Assembly (NCBI GenBank): GCA_052327205.1
Contig: CM126219.1
Span: 67,890,001-67,954,000 of the forward strand
Direction of reading: 5' to 3'
DNA from: Somniosus microcephalus
Taxonomy: Eukaryota
DNA length: 64,000 nucleotides
Shown here: positions 50,201 to 61,318 of the stretch, piece after piece
How the letters are laid out: each line of letters opens with the position of its first letter
Numbering within the stretch: the stretch's first letter is position 1
Notes under the pieces: generated by a model
Database searches by the model: none
The model's input: only the letters and a program-made list of their open reading frames with translations
What the model was told of the DNA's origin: nothing
Program-made: the position numbers and the translations under genes

Positions 50201-51638
50201 CGTTTGAGCGTCGATTTCAAGGGGCCTCTTCCTTCAATTACTCAAAACCGATATATATTTACTGTTGTGGATGAGTTTTCAAGGTTCCCTTTTGCTTTTC
50301 CTTGCGCAGATGTATCAGCTGCTACAGTTATCAAATGTCTGACTCAACTTTTTGTCATCTTTGGGATGCCTGCGTATATCCATTCGGATCAGGGAAGTTC
50401 TTTTATGTCTTCCCAGTTGAAGGAATACCTTCAGAGTCGGGGAATTTCTACTAGCAGAACTACCCCGTATAATCCCCAGGGTAATGAACAGTGCGAACGA
50501 TACAATGGGGTGATCTGGAAGGCAGTTATGTTGGCTTTGACATCCCGGAACCTTAAGAATACACAGTGGGAAATGGTACTGCCTGATGCCCTGCATTCCA
50601 TTAGATCATTGCTTTCAACGGCTACTAATGTGACCCCCCATGAAAGGCTCTTTAACTATCCGCGGAGATCTACTACGGGATATTCGGTACCTTCATGGCT
50701 TACTAAGCAGGGACCTGTGCTGCTTCGACGCCATGTTAGATTGTCAAAATATGATCCTTTAGTGGAGGAGGTGGAGCTGTTGGGGGCAAATTCCCAATAT
50801 GCTCATATTCGATTCCAAGATGGGAAAGAAAGTACCGTTTCAATTAAAGACTTGGCTGCTTGTGGTGGCCAGCCCTCTTCTGAGGATATTAACAATAGTC
50901 ATGATTCAGATAATGTGGATGCTGTTACAGATACTACGAATATTTCCAATCCGACTGCAGATAATTATACTTCTATTAGTCAGCCCTCGATGGATGTTCA
51001 TGACCATCCCAGTTTACCTCCTGATGGGATTTCTAATCCGGAAACCGTTGAAAATCGGAATATGGATAGCCTTCCTGCAGAAGATACTTCTGTGTCTCCT
51101 GGTGTGGGAGGGCAAGGAATTTCACCAAGGTTGAGAAGGTCGACACGAACAAGATATCCGGTCGACCGATTGAAAATGGACTTTTAAATTGATAGTAATG
51201 TTTTAAAATTGTTGAAATATTATATTATATTGTTTTAGTTGAGAGATACTTAATACTTATGTGCAATGTTACTATTTGTTGTTGCTCACTTAGTATTGTG
51301 TCATGTTGAATAGTTTTATTTTGTCTGTGCATAGTTTTACTTGTAAATAATTAATTATAAATTGTAAAGGTTATTTAGGTTGGAGTATATTTTAAAAGAA
51401 GGGGTGAATGTGGTGATTATTCTTTATGTTTAGTAAGAAGTATTGTGATTGGTTGTTTGTTTCCTGCCTTGGGACATATGCTGTAATCTCATTGGTAGTT
51501 GATGTCATGTGATTTGTGGTGGCCATCTTAAATTCAGTTCTTTCCAGCCTTTAGTTGGGACTGGGTGTTGAAGATGTGCTACAGGATTTTTAAGTTAATA
51601 AAGCCTAGGTTAGAAAGGCAAATCTATTCTTTATTTCA
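47231..51638 (+). mobile_element. Young full-length Gypsy LTR retrotransposon with a single intact ORF
   Basis: LTRs 47231-47461 and 51409-51638 (3 differences seen); 5-bp TSD ccttc at 47226-47230 and 51639-51643; PPT aaaagaaggggtgaa before 51409. Confidence 0.98.
47483..51187 (+). CDS. Gag-Pol polyprotein, 1234 aa (Gag 2xCCHC, protease, RT, RNase H, integrase)
   Basis: CYFCGNVRHPRLKC, CSKCGKRGHYARVC, LIDTGS, YLDD, ETDASD, ADALSR, H-x4-H...CSIC, VDFKG/SDQG/CERYN; no stops. Confidence 0.97.
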   Translation: MERYLQPERFNADPNSAGVDDKWKHWYCTFKNFLGVLDQESLNKLNMLINYIAPDVYKYILDCKTYEVAISTLEKIFVKPKNEVFARHLLSARRQQVGESLDTYLQALRCLSVNCNYKAVTAEEYKEESVRDAFINGLLSRSIRQRLLENKTLDLKRAFEQASTLDVAQRSSDSYALFNRPVTVVSAVLDEKELCGLNRSGLLDSETVSTSAAVASRIQKCYFCGNVRHPRLKCPAQEAVCSKCGKRGHYARVCKSSGSITSSVTIQPLDRAFIASISAAFAHGLNKAIVTAQVNGLEVKALIDTGSTESFISLQFAKEKHLKILPVSYQVCMAQTTLTSQVAGCCLVKLILLGNTYTDIRLSVLPNLCADILIGHDVLQLHESLSLSFGGTKPPLSICGLTSLSISPLSLFSNLMPDCKPIATKSRRYSSQDREFINSEVQRLLLEGIIEPSCSPWRAQVVVTTNERHKKRMVIDYSQTINRYTQLDAYPLPKIDELINKVSQYKVFSTIDLKSAYHQIPIVKKDQPYTVFEAGGKLYQFCRIPFGVTNGVACFQQAMDAFISDNSLSDTFSYLDDITVCGKSRVEHDSNLERFLQAVEKVGLTFNKEKCTFSTTEVNLLGYIILGNKIKPDPERLRPLIDLPCPTNSKALQRVVGLFSYYSNWIANFSQKIRPLIRVTTYPLSWEARTCFDNFKKDILGAVVHSIDEQVPFVIETDASDFAIGATLNQNGRPVAFFSRTLNNSEKRHSSIEKEAYAIVEALRKCRHYLSGRHFTLVTDQKSVSFMFDVKHFGKIKNDKIMRWRIELACYHFDIVYRPGKDNVAADALSRAYCSVIHGDTLINLHNALCHPGVTRMIHFVRSKNLPFSVEDIKRMTSSCSICARCKPNFFKPQRAHLIKATSPFERLSVDFKGPLPSITQNRYIFTVVDEFSRFPFAFPCADVSAATVIKCLTQLFVIFGMPAYIHSDQGSSFMSSQLKEYLQSRGISTSRTTPYNPQGNEQCERYNGVIWKAVMLALTSRNLKNTQWEMVLPDALHSIRSLLSTATNVTPHERLFNYPRRSTTGYSVPSWLTKQGPVLLRRHVRLSKYDPLVEEVELLGANSQYAHIRFQDGKESTVSIKDLAACGGQPSSEDINNSHDSDNVDAVTDTTNISNPTADNYTSISQPSMDVHDHPSLPPDGISNPETVENRNMDSLPAEDTSVSPGVGGQGISPRLRRSTRTRYPVDRLKMDF

Positions 51639-51677
51639 CCTTCCTACTTGCTTGCTGCACCTGCATGCTAACTCTCT

Positions 51678-52468
51678 GGCCAGAAGGGGGTGGGTTTGGA
51701 GGCAGGACATCTGGCAAAATCGCAAAGATTGATAGCGGGCAGGAAACCCGCTGTCAACCCGCCTCCAATCAATTTTCCCAAGTGTCGGGTCCCCGATTTG
51801 CACATGGACCCGACACCTAGCGGCGGGAAGAGGATTATAGCCACTTAACTGCCTGTTAAAGGTTATTAATAAGCAGTTAACAGGCTCTTTTTCAATTTTG
51901 CTGCTTCTGCCTCAGGGTTCCCGACGTCCGGACACCACGCCAGGTAAGTGTGGCGTGTTGTGAATCTGCTGTAATGTTTTTGCATTGATGACAGCTGCAG
52001 AAGTGGTGTGAAGGATCCAGTGGTGCACTGTTGAGTTTCAGAGGTAAGAAAATGTTGGGAAATTCATTTTTAATGCATTTAGACTTTTCTGTAGTTAACA
52101 AATTTTGAATTGTACGTGTAGTCCCACCACATTGGGAGAACCACTCTCACCAGTGACAGATCACTTCTGTAACCTCACCTGCAGCTGCCATCTGTTCTAG
52201 CCTAAAGAGGGAGTCACTGGAGAGCCTGGGTGCAAGGGTTCACCTTTGTACAGTGATTGGCAGTGTTTGCAGCACCTCAATGCTGTCAAACACTGAGAAA
52301 TCATCTGTCAAACAAAAATTGTGTGTGGCCCCTTTAAGAAAACGGCAAGGCGGGCTTAACAAGGTCAATTGACGTAAAATCACATCTATGGGCTGGATTT
52401 AGTTGGGGGTGGGACTGGAACTTGGGAGCCACCTGACCCGCTCCCAAGCGATCGAGAAAATCGCGGCC
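51678..52468. mobile_element. Harbinger-type MITE or compound MITE (GGCC/GGGC termini)
   Basis: Interrupts CR1 with 3-bp TSD tct at 51675-51677 and 52469-52471; ends aaaatcgcggcc; internal second terminus gggctggattt at ~52390. Confidence 0.7.
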
Positions 52469-54725
52469 TCTGTGTTTCCTGTATGAGGACACATAAATTT
52501 CTCTGAACACCAACATTTAATAATTTCTCACCATTTAAAAAATATTCTGTTTTTATATTCTTCCTACCAAAGTGAATAATCTCACATTTCCCCACATTAT
52601 ACTCCATTATACTGATTGCCCACTCATTTAAATTGTCTATAACCCTTTGCAGGCTCTTTGTGTCCTCCTCACAGCTTACTTTTCCACCTTGCTTTGTATC
52701 ATCAGCAAACTTGGATACATTACTCTCTGTCCCTTCATCTAAGTCATTAATATACATTGTAAATAGTTGAGGCCCAAGCACTGATCCTTGCGGCACCCCA
52801 CTAGTTATAGTCTACCAATCTGAATATGACCCGTTTATCCCAACTTTCTGTCCATTAACCAATCCTCTATCCATGCTAATACATTACCTCCAATCCCATG
52901 AGCCCGTATCTTGTGTAACAACCTTTTATGTGGCACCTTATCGAATGCCTTTTGGAAATCCAAATATACTACATCCACTAGTTCCCCTTTATCTACCCTG
53001 CTAGTTACATCCTCAAAAAACTCTAATAAATTTGTCAAACACGATTTCCCTTTCATAAAACCATGTTGACTCTGCCTAATCATATTATGATTTTCTAAGT
53101 GCCCTGTTACCACTTCCTTAACAATGGATTCCAGCATTTTCCCGATGACTGATGTCAGGCTAACTGGCCTGTAGTTCCCTGTTTTCTTTCACCCTCATTT
53201 CTTGAATAACCGGGTTACATTAGCTACCTTCCAATCCACTAGGACCTTTCCAGAATCTAGGGAATTTTGGAAGATCACAACCAACACATCCACTATCTCT
53301 GCAGCCACCTCTTTTAGAAACCTAGAATGTAGTCCATCAGGTCCAGGGGATTTCTCGACTTTTAGTCCCATTAGTTTCCCAAGTACTTTTTCGCTACTGA
53401 TATTAATTACTTTAAGTTCCTCATTCTCATAAGCCCCTTGGTTCCCCATTATTTTTGGTATACATTTTGTGCCTTCTACTGTGAAGACAGATACAAAATA
53501 TTTATTTAAGGTCACTGCCATTTCCTTGTTTCCCAATATAAGTTCTCCTGTCTCAGCCTCTAAGGGACCAATGTTTGCTTTTGCTACTCTCTTCCTTTTT
53601 ACATACTTGTAGAAGCTCTTACAATAAGTTCTTATATTTCTTGCTAATTTCTATTTTCTCCCTTTTAATCAATTTTTTGTTCATCCTTTGCTGGTTTCTA
53701 AAGCTCTCCCAATCACCAGTCTTATTACTATTCTTTGCAACATTATAAGCCTCTTCTTTTAATCTAATATTATACTTAACTTCTTTAGTTAGCCACGGTA
53801 GGATCACTTTTCCTGTGGATTTTTAAAAATTTCTCAATGGAATGTATATTCGTTTAGAATATTGGAATATTTCTTCAAATGTTTTCTACTGTTATACCTT
53901 TTAGTCTAGTTTCCCAATCTACCTTAGCCAACTCGCCCTTCATACCTACGTAATTGGCTTTATTTAAGTTTAAGACTCTAGTTTCGGACTTAAGAATGTC
54001 ACTCTCAAATTTAACGTGAAATTCTATCATATTATGATCACTCCTCCCCAGAGGATTCTTTACTATGAGATTACTAATTAACCCTGTCTCATTACACAAG
54101 AATAAATTTAAAATAACTTGTTCCCTGATTGGTTCCATGACATATTATTCTAGGAAATTGTCTCGAATGCATTCTATGAACTCATCCTCCAGACTACCCT
54201 TGCCAATTTAATTTGTCAAATCTATATGAAGATTAAAGTCCCCCATGATTATTGCATTACCTTTGTTACAAGCCCCTATTATTTCTTGATTAATATTCTG
54301 TCCAGTGGTATAGCTACTGTTAGGGGGCCAATAACTACTCCCACCGCTGTTTCCTGCCCCTTGTTATTCCTTATCTCCATCCATACTGAATCTACTTCCT
54401 GATCTTCTGAGCCATGATCCTTTCTCGCTACTGTCCTTAAGTCATCCTTAATTATCAGGGCTACCCCACCTCCTGTTCTAGCCTGCCTGTCTTTTTGAAA
54501 CGTCAAGTACCCTGGAATATTTAATTCCCAACCTTGGTCACCTTGCAGCCATGTCTCTGCAATTGCTATTATATCAAAGCCATTTATTTCTATTTGTGCC
54601 ACTAATTCATCTATCTTGCTACAGATGCTTCATGCATTCAGATAAAGGGCCTTTAATTTTAACTTTTTACCAGTATTCTCTGCTTTGACCTTATTCGCTG
54701 ATGCACAATTACCTTTAAACTCTCT

Positions 54726-55480
54726 GGAGGAGAAATTCAGTATTGCCCCATTTGGGGCGCAATTATTGGCCGGGCGCAAAGATTAGCTGCTGGTGCTAAT
54801 TATCGCCTCCGACTGCAAACTTGGCACACTGGCGCCAGCCAGTTCTTAAAGGGGAGGATCAATCTTGCTCTCCATCCACACCCTGCTCATTGCAGCCTTG
54901 AATCTCGGCCTGGAGAGACCTGTACATCAAATCTGTTGGAAAGAACAATGGAGAGACCCAGGGAAAGAGCTCAGAGTGCAGCCCCCATATTCTCTTCTAA
55001 ATCGATGCAAGGAAGATCAAATCAAAATGAACCTGCAAAGTGCTGCTCAGTACCCAAAACTCCTCAACACAGCTTTGAATATCTCCTGCAGTCTCTCTCT
55101 CTCTCTCTCAGAATGCGTGGTGCAAAAATTTCGCCAACAAAAAAAGGCAGGAAGTGGTCGCCTTTAAATAGCGCTCCCCCAGTCCCTTCCCGACTGCAAA
55201 ACGCTCCCTTCAACCCGTCGTTGCTAATGGCAGGCGGTAAGACAGGGGGCGGCACTCAATATCTGGTCTGGGGCACTACCGGGGTGTTACACTCTTGACT
55301 GACGTCACGATCTGCGGGCGTAGGAGATCGTGGCGGTAGTGTTTAGCGCCGCCGCAAAATGTCTAGTTAATTTCGTGAGCGGCGCAAACATCGCCGCGCA
55401 TGGGCACTAGTTGCTTTGCACCCCATTAGCACCCTCTTAAGGCGCTAACAGGAGGCGCAAATCAACCGAATTTTTCTCCC
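54726..55480 (+). mobile_element. Non-autonomous derivative (MITE) of the 58789-62975 Harbinger family
   Basis: TIRs ggaggagaaattcagt / accgaatttttctccc; TSD tct at 54723-54725 and 55481-55483; colinear with 62987-63874 apart from a ~130-bp deletion. Confidence 0.92.
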
Positions 55481-55825
55481 TCTGTCCCTTCCTGTTCCAC
55501 ACTGCTTATTTTTACCCAATTCACTGCACTGCTCTGTTTCCTTGACTGTTGTCTTTAGATTACTAAATATCCCCTCACCTGCTCCCTCCCCCACCTTTAT
55601 AGTTTAAAGCCCTATCTACAGCCCTTTGCCTCACTCCATTTTTAAAAACTAAGTCATACACTGCCTCTTTCCTGCTTGGACTATTTATTCAGAACATTCC
55701 TGGACATTTTGTAGAATTTCCTCTTCTTCTTTGTCATTTAATTTACCTATAGCTCAGTCTCTCTTTGTTAATTAAAGTCACCCATTCTTATAGTCCTTTT
55801 GTTGCTGCACTTTTCCAGTGTTATT

Positions 55826-56280
55826 GTCTTCCATTCCCACCACAAACTTCATTCCCTAACCATTGACTCCATCTCTCTCCCTGGCCACTGTTTAAGGATG
55901 AACCAGACTGTTCGCAATTTTGCCATCCTATTTGACCCTGAGCTGAGCTTCTGATCCATATCCTCTACATCACCAAGACGGCCAACTTCAACCTCTGTAA
56001 TATCTCCCGTCTCCGCCCTGCCTCAGCTCATCTGCTGCTGACATCCTCATCCATGCCTTTGTGCCTCTAGTCTAGACTGTTGCAATGCTCTCCAGGCTGG
56101 CCTCCAACCTTGTACCCTCTGTAAACTTGAGCTTTTCGAAAACTCTGCTACCTGTACACTAACTCGCACCAAGTCCCGTTCACCCAGCACCCCTGTGCTC
56201 GCAGACCTACATTGGCTTCCTGTCCAACAACGCCTCAATTTTAAAATTCTCATCCTTGTTTTCAAATCCCTCCATGGCCC
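55826..56280 (+). mobile_element. L2-type LINE fragment
   Basis: ctcatccatgcctttgtgcctctagtctagactgttgcaatgctctc...ctacattggcttcctgtc...ttttaaaattctc (LIHAF, LHWLPV, FKIL-type motifs). Confidence 0.75.
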
Positions 56281-56555
56281 TTAAATGGATACAACTCTAT
56301 CTTAGCAACAGTCAGTGTGTAGCACTCCTGGCTTTGCAAAACAGCGCATTAACTAATTTACCAGGGGACATACACTAGCATATAGCTTTGAGACAGGTAC
56401 ATTTTCCTTCAGATATCACACTTTGTATAAAACACCAACAAATCACCGCTGAATGTTGTTTTTTAAGAAAGTGTAAAAAAGAGGACAGCTAGCTTCTAAG
56501 TGACCTCAGCAATTAAACCTTGTGGCCTTAGAGAGACAGGCTAGATAATCGCAGC

Positions 56556-57003
56556 TCATAGAATCTTACAGCACAGAAGGAGGCCATTCGGCCCATCGTG
56601 CCTGTGCTGGCTTTTTGAAAAATCTATCCAATTAGTCCCAGCACCCCGCTCTTTCCCCAAAGCCCTGCAATTTTTTTCTTTTAAAATATATATCCAATTC
56701 CTTTTTGAAAGTTACTATTGAATCTGCTTCCACCACCCTTCTCCTCATCTCCCTTCTGGTTATTTTGCCAGTTATCTTAAATCTGTGTCTTCTGGTTACC
56801 AATCCACCTGCCAGTGGAAGCAGTTTCTCCTTAATTTACTCTATGAAACCCCTTCTTGATTTTGAACATCTCTATTAAGTCTCCCCTTAACCTTCTCTGC
56901 TCTGAGGAGAACAATCTCAGCTTCTCCAGTCTCTCCACATAACTGAAGTCTCTCATCCCTGGTACCATTCTAGTAAATCTCCTCTGCACCCTCTCCAAGG
57001 CCT
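56556..57003 (-). mobile_element. CR1 3' fragment
   Basis: Similar to 38126-38640. Confidence 0.85.
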
Positions 57004-57374
57004 ACCTTATCAACGGAATAACACATTGTGAGTTACATCATATGTTACATCCACCCTGTTATAAACCTGCACGTCCTCCAGCAAAGCCATAGGAGATCTG
57101 TTAGCATCAACATAAAAAGGCTTCTGCTGATAAGATGATTAGAATGGATGAGTTGTTGGGTTATTAGTGAAAAAAAATTAAAATTTGATTACAGTTAGTT
57201 TGCCGGATGATTGTGTGTTAATGTGAAGTTATGAGGTAAGAATAGTTGGGCAGGTATCTGGGTAGTCCCTCGTGTGGAAATATTTCTTGTTCAATACATG
57301 GCAGCTGCTGTAATTGTTATTCCTTGGTAATGGCGTAATTTGTTACAGCAATGATGTCATAGAGGCAAATTCAC

Positions 57375-57720
57375 AGAATCACAGAAACCCCACAGTGCAG
57401 ATAGAGGCCATTTCGGCCCATCGAGCCTGCACCGACACATATCCCACCCGATCCCTGTAACCCCTACACATATCCCACCCTATCCCCGTAACCCCACGTA
57501 TTTAATCCCCCTAACACTAAGGGTCAATTTATCATAGCCAATCAACCTAACCTGCACATCTTTGGACTGTGGGAGGAAACCGGAGCACCCGGAGTAAACC
57601 CACGCAAACACGGGGAGAATGTGCAAACTCCACACAGACAGTTGCCCGAGGCTGGATTCGAACCCGGGTCCCTGGCGCTGTGAGGCAACAGTGCTAACCA
57701 CTATGCCACCGTGCTGCCCC
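57375..57720 (-). mobile_element. HE1-type V-SINE
   Basis: Reverse complement of the 10151-10390 head and V-domain (ggcagcacggtggcatagtggttagcactg...ggttcgaatcc) with a CR1-type tail. Confidence 0.9.
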
Positions 57721-57889
57721 CTGGGATAGATTTTCCAATCAGGCCTTATTTGAGCAGTGAGTTATTGGCACCCCCGCGACAGTTACAAGTGCTGACCTCA
57801 CCGTTATCCACTATCTGAGATAGTGAGGTGAGTGGCTCTGTTTGCCATCCCAGTAGAACTGACTTTGTAGGTATCGTACTGCCAGTGGC

Positions 57890-58660
57890 TGTGAAAGGCA
57901 CAACTGCCCTGAATTGCTTGTTTTACTAAGTGGACATTCCAGGCTGCCACTGGGACCATCAGTAATATTATCAATCACCTGTGCACGAATGCATAAAGCA
58001 GGTCACAGATGCATTGTTCGCTCGGGCGAGCTCGTTCATCCAGCTCCCCATGGACAACAATTTTACACAGTGGCAGGATTCCCCAAGGTCGGCAAAATCA
58101 TACCCTTGTGTGGCCATAAGTGCGCCCTTGATCAATCCCATCATCAGTCAACGGGACAGGATTCTACTCTCTCAATCGCAGTGTGTATTTGACCAGCAGC
58201 ACTGCATCATGTAAATCAATGCCCACTTTCCACTCACTGCCATGTTGCCTTAATTTTAAGGCAGTCCACTGTGCCCACTCTATTTCATCCAGAAAGACCA
58301 ATTTTTGGGTGGATTGTGTAGATCAAGGCTACATTCTACCCCATAGCTGATGACACCTGTGTGCCTTCCCAGGAGACCAGCTGAGCACGGCTATTCTTCC
58401 ACCAGAGTTATCACCAGAGCACACAATTGGAAAGGTGAAGGTGCATTTCAGGTTCCTGGAATAGTCTAGGGGAGCTCTGCAAATAAGTCCAACTAGAATC
58501 TCAAGCAGCACAGTGATCTGCTTACAAAGAGGCTTCCCGATGGAACTCCTGGAGGAGGAGAGCACTCAAGGACAGCAGTGGGATCAACCAGAGGAGTGAC
58601 AGCCTAAGAGGACACAGAGGACAACTCATTGCTGATTGCAAGAGATATTCATGTCCATCT
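57890..58660 (+). pseudogene. Highly decayed Harbinger (HARBI1-like) transposase relic
   Basis: Fragments in shifting frames: CIKQVTDALFAR, VAGFPKV, DQGY, EHTIGKVKVHFRFLE*SRGALQ; same order as the transposase at 61319-62462. Confidence 0.75.
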
Positions 58661-59148
58661 GATACAGGAGAGCTTCCCCTGAGTACCTGAATACACTGCA
58701 TGAACAGTCCTGTATAAATCTTCCCCAACACAAAAATGTCGCCATCTACAGACAGGTCTTTACACACATCAACTCACATAGGGTCATAGGGGGAAAAATT
58801 CAGTATCGCCCCGTTTGGGGCGCCATTATCGGCCGTGCGCAATGTTTAGCGCCTGGCGCTAATTATCGCCTCCGACTGCAAACTTGGCTTTTATCGCCCC
58901 GGAGGTGATTGGAGCGCTAAATCAGGCGCTACACACCTGCCTTAAGGCGCAAAGGCTGAGGAGTGAGGTGCTAACTCAGAGCGCGGGTGCAGCGCAGGTG
59001 CTGTCAGTTAGCGATGGAACACAGACACACTGGCACCGGGCAGTTCATAAAGGGGAGGGTCGATCTTGCTCTCCAGCCACACCCTGCTCATTGCAGCCTT
59101 GAATCTCGGCCTGGAGAGACCTGTGCCTAAATCTCCCAGCCAAGGACT

Positions 59149-59384
59149 ATGGAGAGGGTGAGAGAACGAGCTCAGCGCTTCAGCGAGCGGGCCTTGGAGG
59201 CTCTGGTTTGTGCGGTGGAGCGCAGAAGATCAATACTGTATCCAGAGAGTGGCAGGAGGCCTTTGCCACGCGAGTACAGAAGAGCGTGGAGGGAGGTGCT
59301 CAGAGCGTCTTCTCATGGAGCATGGTGCCCAGGACCCATACTCAATGCCGAAAAAAGGTCAACGACCTCACTCGGGTCGTCAGG
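59149..59384 (+). pseudogene. Harbinger Myb/SANT-like gene exon 1 (one frameshift)
   Basis: MERVRERAQRFSERALEALV...RRAWREV, then shifted frame RTHTQCRKKVNDL; agg|gtgagt donor; 236 bp. Confidence 0.85.
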
Positions 59385-59525
59385 GTGAGTGGCTTTTTTT
59401 CAATACCTCTCCATCCCTCCATCTCAACCTCACTCTATGGCCAGAGGGTCTTAAAACCCCAATGCCCAACACTCATCCAACACCTATGGCCCTCTCATGA
59501 AACACACACGCACTTTCCACACTTT

Positions 59526-59688
59526 GCATACAATAAGGGCTATTCAATTATGGGAGGCACATCAGGCAAGACCATGGCTGCATACAGTAAGGGCTATTCA
59601 ATTATGGGAGGCACATCAGGCAAGGCCATGGCTGCATACAGTAAGGGCTATTCAATTATGGGAGGCACATCAGGCAAGACCATGGCTG
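59526..59688. repeat. 3 x 54-bp tandem repeat in Myb gene intron 1
   Basis: gcatacagtaagggctattcaattatgggaggcacatcaggcaagaccatggct at 59526, 59580 and 59634. Confidence 0.95.
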
Positions 59689-59722
59689 TATATTTACTCA
59701 GACGCCGTCCTTTTTCTTGCAG

Positions 59723-59885
59723 GCCAAGCTATCTCATAATAGGAGACAGCAGCAACGGACGGGTGGAGGGCGGCCTCAGCTGCAACCCCTCAGCGATCTT
59801 GAGGCGCGCGTCCATAGGATTGTGGCAAGCCGGGTGATCGGTCCCGTCGCCCCTGGAGAGGCCGACCCCATTCTGGACAGCAATG
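59723..59885 (+). CDS. Harbinger Myb/SANT-like gene exon 2
   Basis: tttttcttgcag acceptor; AKLSHNRRQQQRTGGGRP (TGGG motif); g|gtaag donor; 163 bp, phase 0-1. Confidence 0.85.
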
Positions 59886-60044
59886 GTAAGGTCATCACCT
59901 TTTTGTCCTCTCTCGTTCCACTTGTCCCTCACAACACCAGCCTTTGACACTTTCAATCCAACTTACTAAATCGCTGCACTCATTCCTCCCTTACTGCCCC
60001 CCTGTCCTCACACTAAAGCCACTCTTGTACCTCCCTGCTTTCAG

Positions 60045-61021
60045 ATGGTGATTCACCAGCTGAGGAGACGGGCCCTCATGATGCCAGTGGGAGTGAAGCT
60101 GCAGGCGAGGAGGAAGATGAAGCCGGAGCATCAGCACCACCCTCTCCCGAGGAAGCCCATGCCCACACTGGGAACACGCCTTCCCTGGAGGGGAGCAGGG
60201 GAGAAGGGTCTGATGAGGGTGAAGCTCCAGGATCCAGCGGGCTGCAGCAACGCGATGGGGGTAGGGAAGCTCGGGGGCCTTCTCCCTGGAGGAAGAGTAG
60301 GCCAACGAGTCCTGCTGCACTGGATGCAGAGGAGAAGCGGCTCATCGCTGAAATGAACACCCAGGCGGTGGACATGTACACTCAGCTCATGGGTGCAGTG
60401 GGAAGGGTGCCCGAATCCATTGAATCACCGGCAAGGAGTGGGGAGCACTACGCTGTAGCACAGGCGGATGCCACACTAAAGTTTAGCGCTGCAATTCAGT
60501 CACTGGCTGCCATGACCCCATCTCAGACTGCTCTCATGCAGACTCAGATTGAGGCCATGCAAGCACTGACTGCTGCCATCCTCGCTGGTTCAGACACATT
60601 TCCCCGGGGCTCTCACCGCACCGCAGCAGGCCAGCAATCTGTGCTCCAGCAGATTGCTCCGGATGCTGAAGTGCTGCCCCGTGGGAGTGCCAGTGTGTTG
60701 GTCGAGCAGGGAGTTGCTGTCCTTTCTCAAGATGACAACATTCCTGCTGCCACCACTGCCACTTCTCCATTGCACTTGCCACCGCCTGTAAACCAGACTG
60801 CTGCCGCCCATGCAGAGTTGGTGCAGTCTGCAGCTGGGCCCTCCAGGCCCAGAGCTGGTCGAGGCCATCCTTCAAGGACATCTGTAGTCTCAGGTTCTGA
60901 CAATCAGCAGCCTTCCACCAGCCTTGCTGCAGCCACTGGGGTCCCATTACGGAGGAGCAGTAGGGTGGGAAGGGGGGAAGTGCGCAAGGGAAGGAGATCA
61001 CCCTCGAAGGGCAAAAAGTAG
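60045..61021 (+). CDS. Harbinger Myb/SANT-like gene exon 3 (acidic/disordered region, helical region, basic NLS-like tail)
   Basis: ctgctttcag acceptor; phase-1 frame is open by hand translation and joins ORF 60353-61021, ending RKGRRSPSKGKK*. Confidence 0.82.
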
Positions 61022-61047
61022 GAGGTGTGACAAAATGTTGTTCATTT

Positions 61048-61056
61048 TTTATTAAA
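61048..61056. terminator. Overlapping bidirectional polyadenylation signal candidate
   Basis: tttattaaa gives ATTAAA on + and AATAAA on -, between the two convergent stop codons. Confidence 0.5.
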
Positions 61057-61318
61057 GGCCGAGGTTCGTGGTCAAACTTTTGTTTAGTGTTTTGCACATT
61101 ATCTCCAGGTTGTGAGAACCAGTTATGTTAATGACTTTTTTCATGTTTCTTTCTATTAGTTTGTCATGAGGAAATGACACACACAGAGTTTGTAAAATAA
61201 TTAAGTTTTTGTATTCAAAATGTACATGTTTGATCTTTGGAATCATTGCTGCCTTGGCCGGCTTAGGGGTTGTGGGTTGGTTTCATTCATGTTGTTCTCA
61301 ATGGCAGAAGCCATTTCC

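Larger units (their letters stand above)
47078..55625 (-). mobile_element. CR1 LINE split by a Gypsy and two MITE insertions
   Basis: Colinear pieces 47078-47230, 51639-51677, 52469-54725, 55481-55625 (SKFADDTK, YLDFQKAFDKVPH, GRSDHN, AETWL). Confidence 0.92.
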
